A stretch of DNA of 64,000 bases, from the NCBI RefSeq assembly GCF_022539665.2, contig NC_081331.1:4464001-4528000 (forward strand). Direction: 5' to 3'. Positions 1 to 13,461 of this stretch are shown piece after piece. A program made the translations under genes and the position numbers. The notes below the pieces were generated by a model. The model had not been told where the DNA came from and did no database searches. It saw only the letters and a list, made by a program, of their open reading frames with translations. This DNA is from Daphnia carinata (taxonomy: Eukaryota). How positions within the stretch are numbered: the first letter of the stretch is position 1; each line of letters opens with the position of its first letter.

Positions 1-2207
1 ACAGCCCGGCATTTCCGTTCCCATCTCATTACCCCAATGTTCTTGTTTTTTTTTTGTTTTTTCTTTCTTTCTCTTTCATCTGAGCGTCTATCTGAGCATA
101 TCTGGCTGCCTTAAGGGTACCCCGTTGCGGTTGGTATCGTGTTTCAACACCCAGCCAACCAGCAAAGTCCAGCTTTTGGTCGAATCCAAAAGACACGTTC
201 AATAGTCTGGAACGTCTGCAGAGAATTCTTACCAGGAGTTGGGAAGAAGAACAGCTTGGTACATAAATAACAGCCAAACACTCCTGGTGAGCAATGACCA
301 TCAAGTCAAAACAGTAACGAAGGCAAAATAGCCTAAAGTGTACCACCTTTATCAACCGAGAAGATATTTTTGAAAACCTATAACCACTCATGTGTGGTTT
401 ACTAGAGAGCAGAGCCTCTGCAGAGAGAACAGACTGGGGAAAAAACCAATGACAACTTGTGAAGTGTGCTTTGTTTGCAGAACGATCCTATATGAGGGAA
501 AAGTCAACCAACAGGAGAAGACTAAATTCACCCCAATATCTCTAATTGAAATCCTGCCAATATTCAATAACTAAGCAACTCCACTAACGCTATCAAGTGT
601 GCAGCTGTTTGCCATGATACGAGTTGCATCCTCGTTCTCGTTTTCTCCGAGAACCACGTACACCTTAGTTATCTTTAGATCTCTTACCTGCAATTTTGAA
701 TATCTCGGCAGAAGACACCGTCTGGGTCTGCATGATAGCAACGATGACAAAGTCTCGATCGTTGATTAAACTGGTGTGGAGACAATGCACTTATCTATGG
801 ATTGATAACTCAAAAGAAATTGTGGCGGATTGTTTGCACCGTTTATCGTCAACAATAAGACGCCATTGTTCGAGTACGGCCAACGCTACCTAGTGGCAAT
901 TTCTTACAACTCGGTGTCACTTTGCCATTGCCAATGGAAAATAAAAGTCCTAACCGATTTGGTAATTCCCGTCTCGACAAGACATCCCGATTGCATTCAT
1001 ACATTTGAAATTCCAACTTTATCTCGATACAATCATACGGGTTTTTAAATAACAACTTACGCTAACCTTTCGAAGAGTCTAATTTCACGAATATAACTGA
1101 AATTACAAACGATTTTTTTTTGTTTCTTCAATTTGGACCGAAAGGTGTTAAGTAACTTCCTAGCTGAAACAAAAAACTCGAAAGCCTTGTTAATAGGGCG
1201 ATTTGGGCCGCATCCGCTGCGTAATCGGAACATGTTCTAAAACGCCGTTTTTGACACACTATAGTACTACGTTCAAAGATTTAGGTCACATTTTTGCTAT
1301 CGTTAAGTGAATTGTGGTTGAAGACTAACGTGTATTTAAGCAACTTTATACTAATGCATTATCTGTCACACAGAAGCAAGTTTTAATTCCAACTGAGGAA
1401 TGTGTAGTGGTATAATGCAATCAAAGACATGTTTTGTAGAGAAAATAGAAACATTCCAAAAAAAAAAAATATTAAAAAAAATAACTGTAAGGTTCCACAA
1501 GAAAATGAATGCTTTGTTGAAGAAAAAGATCAGTTGTAGAAGCGAGAAAGAACTCGAGGAAGAACAGAAAAGGAATACAAATAATGTGTCACCTTGCTTG
1601 ACAGCAGCAGCGACTTGAGGCGAAGGGAAAAATTGAGACGCCCACTGTGATCCGTAATGAGCGTCTGACAACAAGGCTTCAACATTTTTAGTCCGGACCT
1701 ACAATAAAATGGGAATTAATTTTCCGACTGCCTACCATGACGAAGCCAGCTTTCTTATGATTCTTTTGTTTGTTTCGAGGCTCGCCGACTTGCAGTTAAT
1801 CAATAACAATTTGGATCAAAAGGTCACCTGCAATCGAATCAATTTTCCCAGCTTTTTGACAGTCCGAAGCTGTGTGTCTGTGCGATTGTGTACGATCCCT
1901 CTCACAGTTTCACTCATTCTCTCTGGATGTCGAACAACACAAAAGCAAATCACGAATTCTTCCCTTCCCTCGAACCATTGGACCACCCTCATTTATCTGC
2001 CCCGTTAAAGGCAAAATGGAGAAAATCCGTGTGCATTGTTGTTCTTTTTTATTTATTTTTTTTTTCTTGCTTTGTCATCTGAGATGCACCCCAGCCCAAC
2101 GACACTTACCTGACGCGGTTTCGCTAAACCATGTAGGGGGGCAAGTGGATAACGATTAACTCGCGTCATGAAGTGAAACCACTTACCTGAAAAACGATGA
2201 AGCTACC

Positions 2208-3659
2208 TCATCTTAGATGACTTTTTGACTTCGTGCTGCTTCTCCCATCTCCTACACGTAATAACTACATGATTCCTCCACCATTCTCCTTCAAACCTAA
2301 CGTTGCAAAACAAAAAAGGGCTTTTAATAAACGCGAATCAGTCAAGACATGGGGAATATGAGAGACTACCGTTGTGTGCTGAGCGATCACGATCACGAGG
2401 TCTATCGTCTCGTTTTCTGTCTCGATGATCTCTGGTATGCCTGCAGAATGAGCATAATTTTGTTAAGAAATTAACATTTCTGTACACTGATAGCAAATTT
2501 ACTAACCCGCGGTCCTTGTCTCGGTGCCGTTCGTGTTCTCCCCGATGACGATCACTTTTTTCGCTACGATCTCGGCGATCGCCGTGATGGTTTGATGATC
2601 GATGCCTTGGAGAGCGGGAACGGCTGCGCCTACGGCTACTACCTTCGCGGTCTTTTCCAGGTTGGCGACGTGAATCGTCGTCATGACGTCTGCCGCGACG
2701 ATCTTCGGCTTCTTTCTGTCGCTGCATTTCCCTATCTTGACGAGCCTTTTCTCGACTCTCCTGAAAAAGGTATAGACCGTAAATTATAAACTTAAAACTG
2801 AGATTCATTCTTTTCTTATTATTGTCAATACCGTAATTTCATCGACTGCCGACCGCAATTTTTGGTAGCCAACGTGCTGCTTTCCTTGCATGTGATCGTC
2901 AAGTCGAGCTGGAGCATCACCAACAATCAAAAAAGCACCACAAACTTTGCAGACTTCCATTTGTTTTTCCAACATCAATTCAGTTGCCTGAGTAAATACA
3001 CAAAAATAAATGAGTAAACAACAGCAAACACATAATTAAACAATTCCTTACAAATGAGAGGCCTTCTCCCTTCTTCAAAGCTTCCCGCTCACTTTTGAAC
3101 TGGTCACTAAGTTTCAACAATCCTTGGGCCTGTTCAATGTTACCTTCAAAGCCTAAACGTTCAGCTTCTTTGACAAGGTGACTTATCTTGTCGGTGAGCA
3201 TGGCAATTTGTTCTTCAGCTTTGGATTTGGGATTAGCACCAGCTTCTTGCTTTGCCAACTGTGATTGAGCAAGTCTCTGTTCTCCCTTTTGGATTTTACG
3301 TTCAACTTCATTCAACATGGATCGACAATACTTGAGAAATTCATCTTCAAATTTTGTTTTAGTGTATGAAGGTGCCTCATTCAGGTACTTTTGGCGTACA
3401 ACTTCATCATGGAGATTGGAACAGGGACCAAGATCTGCTTTGGTGTTATGAAACAAGTCGTGGGGACAAAATCGTACCATGTAATACCTACACACCTAAT
3501 AAAAACAAGCCACAGTTCAAGGACCAAATGCGTACCAATGAAATTTTCACTACTTACCTCGGCGTCATTATACGACAATTCTTTAGTGCGGTCAGTTGGA
3601 AGAGCATTTCGATTTCTTCCCATTAACTCATCAAGCAGTTGCGCAGCCATGGAAGCCAT
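2208..3659 (-). CDS. LUC7L3: Luc7-like protein 3 (U1 snRNP-associated splicing factor), multi-exon, alternative C-termini (stop at 2265-2267 or 2208-2210)
   Basis: N-terminus MASMAAQLLDELMGRNRN, zinc finger C..Y...FCPHDLFHNTKADLGPC..LHD, second finger region (MEVCKVCGAFLIVGDA..RLDDHMQGKQHVGY, read at 2833-2960), RE/RS-rich tail; short GT-AG introns link the ORF pieces. Confidence 0.9.
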
Positions 3660-3945
3660 TTTTGCGTTTTACTGAATGTTCTCTCAGATGACCAAATAGG
3701 CGTTGCCAAATACCGCTAATTATTTCACACAGCAAAAGAAAAAAGAAAAAAAAAACAGAAAAAAAACTTACGGAGTCAGAAAGAACGCATTAGTTGTAAG
3801 GTATAAAAGATTAGATGGCAAATAAATTTTTTTTCAGCTAAAATTGAATTCGTCTAATGATTTCTTTTGAATTCTTCGATTTGAAGCTTGAAAAATGAAA
3901 GGGGTAGTGACACTCGACAGAGAGGTATCTAAATGCTTGATGGGC

Positions 3946-3953
3946 TGACGTCA
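3946..3953. promoter_or_regulatory. Palindromic CRE (TGACGTCA) ~290 bp upstream of LUC7L3 start
   Basis: Exact TGACGTCA in the 5' intergenic region; function not testable from sequence. Confidence 0.3.
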
Positions 3954-4963
3954 TCAAATTCCAATTTTTGAGAACTAATGAACTGAAATGAAAGAATGAG
4001 AACACGGGAACCATACAAAATAATCACACGCATATCGACAAAGTTGTAAACAACTTCTTTTATTAAAATTAAAAATATTTAGGGAAAACCAACATTAATA
4101 AGACATCTTTCTGATATGTTCAAGTGAAAAATGTGGAAATCAACAATCATTCAAATATGATTGTGTTCTGAAAATTAATTTTAGGAAAACAAAAAAAAAG
4201 ATAGTTTACTGAAATTTAGTGCTAAATAAAGTATGGTGATTGATAGGTAAACTGACATACGCTCGGTTCCTGAACAATCCCATCAGCTGTTCAAACGTTA
4301 TGGTGTCCCAAATGTTCAGCATAAATTGCAGCCAGACCAAGTTCATTGGTATACACTTGTAATTGTGCATGGTTTCAGAAACTAAAACAGCCTACACTTG
4401 GCAGATAACGTACAGTATACCATAGCGCACCCCCAATTATTAAAAACAATCGTGTTATCAAAACGGTCGTGAATTTATTTAAGCACCATGTCAACTTGAC
4501 AAACGATGAGAAAGCATCAACACATTCGTCCTTGCTAAATAAACTAGCAATTATTACCAATTGTTTTGTTACATCGTGTAATTCATTCAACTCTTTCACT
4601 GTTGGAAATAGGATGAGAGACGCATGGGCTTCTTTTATAATTGCACTTACGTCCGATCAATACATGAGCGTCAGCCAGAAAAGAAAACGATGGGACTGCA
4701 CTCGGGAATTTTATCGATGAAAATATTTCTTGTCCAACCAAAACATGATTCATGTATACCAGGAAAGTTAGATTTGCAAGTGATTAAGTATTTTGTTAAA
4801 CATCTGGAAATGAAATATCCCCTTTCAATGATTAAAGAAAGGGAAAAACAGATTTTTTTTCGTTTTTTTAAGGTGTTTGTTAATCACGTACATTAAAGAA
4901 AACATTGCAACAGAACAAAGCCAGCACCCTTTCCCCAAGTAGTGATTTAAAACCAAATACAAC

Positions 4964-7742
4964 TTATAATTCATCCTTGGCTGGAACATCTTTCTCTTCT
5001 TCTTCGTCCTCCTATTTAACGATAAAAAAAAAAAGATTAGTAATTCGTAATAATACATTTCGCAAACCCGTGAAAACTCGCCACCGAGAAGCTCAAGGCA
5101 AAGCTGAAAGATAGGAAGAAAAGTTTAAAAACTCACTGTGGATGGTGTCTTTAGACTCTGTTCTAAAAACTCTACAAAGCCGTCCAAAGTGCGTGCACCC
5201 GTATAAGGGATCACCTCGAATAGAAAAAGAAGAGAAACAGATTGCAAGTCAGCTACTGTTGACAAATAGGCCATGCAAAGACGCGCATTTACAAACATGC
5301 AGTTCGTCCGTTATAAACTCAAAGGTGTGGGTTAAAAATAGAGAAAGATTTGGTAGCGAGCGAGTTTTGGTGGCGAGCTTCCCCCTAGTCATCCGTTGAT
5401 TTTCTTCATTTTATACAATACCTCTTCGGGAGCGGCTTGGCCGTAAGTACCACCGGTTTCCAAAAACTTGCTCAAGCCGGCCAAAGTTCGCTCACCATTA
5501 TACTCGACAACCTTGACGTATCACACAAAATGCGTTATACAAATATTCATATTACCTCGATTTACTGAAATGGATCAGGATTAAATCGGGATTCTACTAT
5601 CGGATGGGCACAGGCCACCCATGTCTTAACTTAATTCTCGAAAACCCCGAAGCACTAAAAAATACCTTGTTGTCTCCCTTCTGGTACAGTTTAATTGTTG
5701 GGAAGCTCTGGATTTTCGTGTGCTCCAACTCGTTGGTAGTGGAATCCATTTTGGCAATAACGATGCTTTCATGATCCTTGTACTTTTCGCCCAGTTCATC
5801 GTAAATGGGGACCAACTGCTTGCAGTGTCCGCACCTAGAATCAACACGACCGGTGGTTTATGGAAAAGAATCAAATGAACAGTTGTACACTGAAGGGTAT
5901 TACCAGGGAGCGTAGAATTCAACCAAAACGTCCTTCTCCTTGTCGAAGGCAACATCATCAAAGTTCTTGGAGACGAGGACCTTAACGGGGTTCTTGTCCC
6001 AATCCTCGGGAACATCCTCAGAGAGCAAATGGGGCTTGACTTTGCCATCGATAAAGTCTTGAACGAAATCCTTCATGGAGTCGGCAGTGAGTTCCTCAGC
6101 AGTAGGCTTGTATTTAGTCATCTCTTCTTCCAAATGGATAAGACGCATGGCTGGGAGTTCGGCCTTCTTCATGCCGAAGAATTCGAGGATACGTTGGTGG
6201 TCCTCTTCGTCGGTGTCAACGGTGACGAACAAAACCTTATTAGGAGAATAGATAAATGAGTCAACGATTTGAATAACTACAACTCTTTTAGTACTAACCT
6301 TGCCCTTAAACTGCTTAGCCACATCACGGGCAGCTCCGGTGATTTTCTCAACATCAGCGTGGCTCTTGCCAACAAATACAAGCAAGTGGTTCTTGATCTC
6401 TCCGCCAAAGATCTTTTGTGCGCTTTCGTGATTGAATTCAATGACCAAAGGCAAAGATTCGGTCTTGACGAATTTGACGATGGCTTCAGAGGTGATTTCA
6501 CCCTCGAAGGCAACCTTGGGAGTGTCAAATTTCTTCAGGAGCAAGACGGCAGCGTCAGATGTGACTTCGTACTCCTTGAGGACATCAGCATCAGCGGTGA
6601 TACCGAAACGGAAATCATCGACTTCTCGGGCAGCGGCGAGGTATTGCTTGGCAGCCTCAGATTCGAGATCCTGAGGAAAAATAAATTTATGAATTAGAAA
6701 TAAGTGTGACGCAAAAAGGTAATTTTGTTACCTTGAAAAAACCGAGAACGACAACGTCGCTGGCTGAGGCGAACTCCTTGGCTTCATCGACGGTTGCGAT
6801 GGCTTTGGCAGCAGGGCCAGTCTTCTTCAACAACCAGTTGACAATTTCGTCAGCGGTACGACCACCTTAAATGAACATTCGCTGGTTGCTCAACAGTGAC
6901 TAAAATAACTCTTGTCATTCATACCATTGTAGTCTGATGGCTTTCCATCTCGGTAGAATTTGAGAGTAGGGTATCCACGAATCTTGTTTTCTTCAGCCAA
7001 CTCGGTCTGTTCGGTGGCATCAACCTTTCCAAGCTGAATGTCTGAGTTGATATCTCTCAGTTTCTGGGCGGCCTTGATATATTCCGGTTCCAGAGACTTG
7101 CAGTGGCCACACCATGGGGCATCTAGAAACAAATTGAAAAATAAAGATAATTAAAATTCACGCAAAAAGTGAAGAAAACGAACAGTTGCTGAAATTGAAA
7201 GCAAAAGTTCATTAACTTTCCGTCCAGTTTTCTTTTCTACTGAAGGTCGACGAATGTTGGGTCTTTGAATCGCTTCAAGGTCAAAATGCCCAGGGCCATC
7301 TCACGCGTACGTTGGCAGACACGAGAACTGACACTACCAACTTTGTGATTGCTTTGAATGCAATCATTTCAGAATTTTTTTCCCCTTTTTTCTAAATTCA
7401 TAGTTGATTACCATTACTCCATACAAAATTACTTTAAACTACGATAATTGTAAACCTGTTGCTTCAATTCCTGTCATATTTGTTACAGATTCAAAGGATA
7501 AACTTAAACATAAAACTAGCCCATTTTTAATCCAGAATTTTGCACAATAACTCTAGCTGGTAGACGTTAGGGCTAAAAATATGCACAAGGAAAATCAACT
7601 TACAAAATTCAACAAGGATGAACTTGTTATCAGTGATGGCAGCCTGGAATGTGTCTTTCTCCAAGACCAACACTCCTTGGTCCTTTTTTATTTCATCAGT
7701 TCTCACCAAGACGGCAAACGCTAACAGCAATAGGAATTTCAT
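4964..7742 (-). CDS. Pdi: Protein disulfide isomerase (PDIA1/P4HB type), multi-exon
   Basis: Signal peptide [13 protein letters not shown], two thioredoxin APWCGHCK sites (second split by an intron), b/b' domains, last exon 5011-4964 encodes [15 protein letters not shown] (ER-retention KDEL). Confidence 0.96.
5137..5214 (-). CDS. Pdi: Alternative (likely mutually exclusive) PDI exon [26 protein letters not shown]
   Basis: 78 nt, pyrimidine tract plus AG acceptor, GTGAGT donor, phase 0/0, homologous to neighbouring exon 5511-5422 ([21 protein letters not shown]...). Confidence 0.8.
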
Positions 7743-8023
7743 CTTGACAGAAATCTCTCGTCTAGGTTGGTGATTTGTTTGACGGAGCAATTAGCGTTGC
7801 GCAGATCTGCAAAACCGAAAGCATATATTATTGTGGCAGTCGATTAGATATCTTTTATCAGTGATATTCACTATGCGTTTAAACAGAAGTATCATGTCAG
7901 ACACTTTAGAGTAAAAAGAAATTACATACCTCAAGAGTACGTTGAAATCGGTCGCCGGTCTGAAACAGAAAGAGATGAAGTGCGGATTCTGACGTTCTCT
8001 CCCGGTAAACGAGCCAAACGTGC

Positions 8024-8066
8024 TGACGTGGTGTACGCTCACGCATCGATTTTTTTCATATCGATA
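8024..8066. promoter_or_regulatory. UPRE-like TGACGTGG (8024-8031) and DRE TATCGATA (8059-8066) upstream of PDI
   Basis: Exact motif matches ~280-320 bp 5' of the PDI ATG, in the divergent PDI/TOM1 intergenic region. Confidence 0.55.
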
Positions 8067-9042
8067 GTACGGGTGGTTTTATTTTTAAACATCGATTGAT
8101 TTTGTTAATAAAAAACGTCGGAAAGCACGTTAAGGTGCAAATGAGAAACAGATTTGAACCAACATTTATAATCGCTTAAAATTTGCGCTATCGTAAAATG
8201 CGTTGTTTCAATGATTGAACGTTTTAGAAAAGCCAACGAAAATTCAGCCTGAAGTACAAGTCTGTGTATCGATCTATAAGAAATCGCTGACGACGGTTTT
8301 CCTTAAAGGGGAAAATGTGTGTTGTGCTGTTTGATTTCTATTGGTTCCTGCCTTAGTACAATATTTGATTTTCAGGAAAATTGATTTGACTCCTTAAATA
8401 GTTCTCTCGAATTATATACCAAAATCTTACTATTTCAGTGGCGAAGAAAACGAAAAATAACGTTTTACATAATGCAATATAACCAATTATTATTTAAATG
8501 ATAGCAGTAGTTATATCCTTGTGTTATTAGTGTTAATATGTCTAATTCTAGCGTGATGAATACATACTACTACTTCATGGGAACAGCCATTGTTGAATAA
8601 GCTTGATCGTTCAGCTGATTTACGGAATACTTTTATTTGCAAAGTTTTGCTTTTTACAGATACGAATACGTACGAATCATAAGACCCGTAAGACGCAAAA
8701 GGGAAAGATGGGCCATATGGAGTTCTTGATTACGATGGAGTATTTTTGTAAAATTCCAAAGCTATGGCTGATGCAAAGATAATGCTGATCAAAGTAATAA
8801 ATAGTTCAATGTTGACTGCCTGACTGACTCACACCGCTTATACGTACGGACGTACCATTCCAAGCAATAAACGTTGATTAAGAATTTGACAACGTCCAAA
8901 TGTCTGCAATCACCTGTCAGCTGATTTTAGCTGGTTCTTCCTAAGCCTGTCTCAAGAGGATAGGAATTGTTTACTAGTTTGGCTTCTTACTTCTGGCATA
9001 TTGGCATACAAGAGTATCACCTACATTTCTGGTTTTTCAATC

Positions 9043-11423
9043 ATGGAGACGGTAGCTGCTTTTTTCGGGGGTAACCCTTTTGCCACACCTATCGGACAAC
9101 GAATTGGTAAGCAACTTGTTGACTAAATGACTTCATAATCTCTGCCTCTTTAAATCCTCTGTCTCTTAAAACCCACGTACGTGCTTGGATTCAATAGAAA
9201 GAGCAACGGACGCATCGTTGTCCGATGAGGACTGGGCACTCAACATAGAAATTTGTGACCTGATAAACGAACAGGAGGATGGTCCAAGAGATGCTGTCAG
9301 AGCAATCAAGAAACGTTTACAACTTAATGCAGGGAAAAATCACACAGTTATCATGCACACTTTGATAGTATGACCTTACACTTCATGGTTTACTAGGAAA
9401 AGCTAATAACTTTTTCAATTGAAGGTTCTTGAAACTTGTGTAAAAAATTGTGGACGCAGGTTTCATGTTCTAGTGTGCAGCAAGGACTTTGTTCAAGAAC
9501 TAGTGAAGTTGATTGGTATTAGTGTCTCCAAGTTGCCCTACCTTTTTTAGTAGAATTGAAAATTCATGTTTGTACACTAGGTCCCAAAAATGATCCGCCG
9601 ACAGAACTACAAGAGAAAGTGCTGACACTAATTCAGAGTTGGTCTGATGCATTTCAGCAATATCCAGAACTGCATGGTGTAACCCAAGTCTACCAGGAAT
9701 TAAAATCTAAAGGCATTGAGTTTCCAATGACCAATATGGACTTGATGGCTCCAATTTTGACACCACAAAAGGTATTCACTGAACTCCATGGGAAAATCTT
9801 TACCTTAACATTGTCTCTCCATTTAGACATTCACTCACAGTGAAACTGTCCCTGCAGTCCGTAGTAATCCAGTTTCAGTCATTCAGCCTGTTTATCAAAG
9901 ACCGTCAACAGCTGACCCTCAACATCCATTGCCTGGCGTTGATAGTTCAGCTATTTCTGCGAATCAATCAATTACATTAAGCGGTCCACAGCTCACGAAG
10001 TTGCAGCATGAGTTGAGCGTAGTGGAAGGTAACATGTCCGTTCTTTCGGAAATGTTAGCAGAGATGAGTCCCGGACAAGAAAACCCCGCTGACTTGGAGT
10101 TACTGCGGGAATTGTACTCTACGTGTCGGACTATGCAGCAGCGTTTGGTAGATTTGGTTGATCGTGTGGCAAACGATGAAATAACAGCTCATCTTTTAAA
10201 GATCAATGATGACCTAAACAACCTTTTCCTAAGGTAATTTTTAAAATTAGAAATACCAAAGATAAGACGGTAAAAACAATATTGAGGTCACAACACCTGT
10301 TTGTTTTCAAATAGATACGAACGCTATGAGAAAAACAGACAAGCGGTGGCCCAAAGTGGTAACAATGAGACTTTGCAGAAAACTACTCCACGACCAACTA
10401 GTGCTTTGATTGATCTTGCTGATAATTACCAGCCATCTGCAAGCGCAGCGGCTGCTGCGCTCCCAACTATCACTACTCAGTTACAGGGTCTAGGTAATTT
10501 CTTATCATTCTCTTATAAAAACGAAGAAGGAAAACTTTAAGATTTTTACGATAAACTCGCAGGATTGAAAAATGCGGATGAAAGCGAATTTGATATGTTT
10601 GCACAATCACGCAACGTAACCTACGAATCGTCAAAACCTAGGTATCTGTACATTGGTTATCAAATTGGTTGCAGAATCTTTCCGAAGTTCTTTTGCTTAT
10701 CAAAGTTTCTTTATAATTTCGGTCTTGTCTTTTCCGGAATTGGCGTATTGCACGTTACGGAACATGCCGTTGTGATCTCCTTGACTGTCGAATGACACAA
10801 CTGACTAGCGCTGGTAGTGCGTACGGAGATCCAGACCAGTTGGATGCCAGTTTAGGGACAATAACCCAGCAGCGACAGCAAGAGGTATTTTCACGTTGCT
10901 TACATTCCTAACCTCTTCGCATACTGTGGTCCGCGTAAAATGTTTATTACGTTTGTTAATGCTTCTATCTTTCTGTGGTTGGGCTTGGTTGTCTTCAGGG
11001 AGGTATCTTTGAAGGTGATTTTCTTCAGGTAATTTGTTTCTTTGTCTATTTCGTCTTCCTAGTCTGTTCAGTTCAATTTTGTACTCCTATAATTTCTTTC
11101 CATTTATTTGGTATTCCTGTATTTAATGGATTCTCATTAATTAGGGAGTAAAAGACGAGGACATGGAAGAAATGGAAGCATGGCTCGAAAAAGAGGTACC
11201 GCTTTCTCCAAAGCTGTTCATCCGCTCTTTTAGTATCCATATGTCAACAAATTTTTCGGTTTTTAAATAATTTTGTTTTTAGCCTCACCTTGCAGAAGAT
11301 GCTACGCTTACTCCTGCTATGAAAGAATACCTAAAGAAACGTTCCGCTAAACCAGAAGGAGCCGGTACCACAGGCGAAGAATCTTCTACTCGTTCTAACG
11401 ACACGAATTTGTTTTCACTTTAA
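9043..11423 (+). CDS. TOM1: TOM1/TOM1L2-like VHS-GAT endosomal adaptor, multi-exon
   Basis: [43 protein letters not shown] (VHS), GAT domain (9929-10233), EFDMFAQSR motif, MEEMEAWL motif, ends TNLFSL*. Confidence 0.92.
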
Positions 11424-11948
11424 CACATTTGTTCCTTTTCCTACGCCTTTTTTCGCAGAAGACTGCAACTGCTTTGTCCGTTAATTGTAGGCAACGGCTA
11501 CATTAACACCAACTTATTTTTTTCTTTCTGAATTTAAACCATTTTTTTTAGGTGTACATGGAATTTGATGGTCTCAGTCGGCTGGTTGGAGAATCCAACC
11601 AGAAAATTATCCTTATCAGTCACGTTATTTTCCACTTAGAAAAAAACACTATTTGAAGATTTTTCACCTCAGCTGGTTGGTCCAGATGTGTCAGAGCCCT
11701 CGTGTCCGTTGTTGTGCTGGTGTATTTTTCAGTTCCTTACCTATGTCCCTTGATTAAATATTAATCAATCTGTTCGTCGTGTTGACATTCCTTTGCTTCC
11801 CCTTCTACCTGGCCAGCTGTAGATGTTACTTCCTTAACTATATTTAAAAATGGTATTATTATATATATACAATAAACGCCTTGTATTACCCATCCAGCAA
11901 ACGATAGGTGAATGATTACGATGGAAGAGAAGGAAAATAGCACGCTCC

Positions 11949-13461
11949 TTATTGCGCTTGTGAGTATCGGTGTCTTGTTTTTTCTAACACATCAGCTCGT
12001 CGTTTTCTTGACGCATCCGAATGAAAAGAGCTGATTGAAGGAATTGCATCGGCTCCCAAGCCTTCTCTACCGGCTCTCATGTCTACTGATATCTACAAAA
12101 GAAGGAGATATCAAACTGAATCTACCACTAAAGATGTACCTTGAAATAAATCTTGGTTACACTTACTGGTTCGATGATGGCATCAGCTGATTCGGTTTTA
12201 CCCAGAGCCTGACCTTCATTCCAACCCATTTTAGCCAGCATTTGGAAACCTTTGTTCTTTTTGGCGATCGGTACCAAAGTGGAGGCCTGCTCTGTCTTTG
12301 CACCGACGGGATCAATACCCACCGTCTGGCGTCGCACCTCTGCTCGATCTTGGTAACCAGGCTTCAGTGACACGGGATCATCAGAATCATGCAGCTTAAG
12401 TCCAAATTTTTGACGTATCTTCTTGAGCTCCCTTTTTCGAGCTTTTTCCAAATCTTCTTTATTGGCTGAAATTGAACAGCCCATATCTTTGTTTTCTTGC
12501 TCTTTGATAACCAAACCTGGTTCACAGCCGTCACATGTTTCCAAGCCAGCATGGATGTGACATAAAAGTGTGATACTTCCAACTTGTATCTGGGAGTCAT
12601 GGGCCAAAATGTATTCTTCGCTCGTTTCCTTAGATCCAGAAAGTCGTTCCTGCAAAATAAGGACATTGGAAAACAAATTGCAAAGCATGTGCTAACTTAA
12701 AGTATACTTGCCATGTGAATGAAAGTACCATTCCGACTGCCCAAATCAATAATGGTAAAAGATTTTTCATCCTGGTTGTATCCAAATTTGGCATGCTTCT
12801 TACTAACATTTACATCATCTAAAAAGACCTCACATTCTGGCAATCTTCCAATGGTTCCACCAGTATAAGGTACAACAAATAAAGAACCAATCTTTACCTA
12901 TTGACATGACAAAATATTAGTGGCTACACTCTATGCATAATGTCAAACTACACTTACTCTATCAATTGAAGAACTCACAACCAAAAACCGAGCACAAGGA
13001 GGTAGACGTTCGGCAAGCTTGTGTGCTTCACCTTTGGTCTTGTTGTGTTTCAGGTCTACTTCATCAACTTCTTCTTCAGAAAGTTCACCCTCTTGTTTAC
13101 TTGACTTGATTTCAGCTTCAACTTTTTTGGATAACTCAGTTGTGTAGTTGTCAATTGAGTTGAGAACATGTTCAGCAACAGCATTTTCAAAGGTGAATCC
13201 TTCTACTTGATGATGCACCACATATTCACATATGGTTTCATCATAGCGATACCAAGTTCCCGTAAAACCATTATAGTATAATCCGGTCTCAGAGTTGTAA
13301 TATAGCTGTGTAGTATTGTCATAGTAGAGGCCAGTCTCTTCATTGTAAACAAACCCTGATTGATTGACAGCTTCTTCAGCAGCTGCTTTCACTTGATCAG
13401 CAATGGATAATCCTGACTCCCAACCGACTTCTTCTGACGTCGACGGTTCAGTGACATCCAT
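11949..13461 (-). CDS. AGGF1: Angiogenic factor with G-patch and FHA domains (OCRE + FHA + G-patch); true start may lie upstream (acceptor at ~13479)
   Basis: OCRE aromatic repeats GFVYNEETGLYYDNTTQLYYNSETGLYY, FHA exon (GTIGRLP..VSKKHAK..DLGSRNGTF), TCDGCEPG, G-patch NKGFQMLAKMGWNEGQALGK. Confidence 0.9.

Noticed and set aside
1..1055. Short ORFs, one with EIVADCLHRL faintly like the LTR-retrotransposon RNase H 'VADALSR' motif
   Set aside because: No other RT, RNase H or integrase motifs in register; too weak to call a mobile element
6029..6697. Plus-strand ORFs up to 142 aa
   Set aside because: Antisense shadows of codon-biased PDI exons
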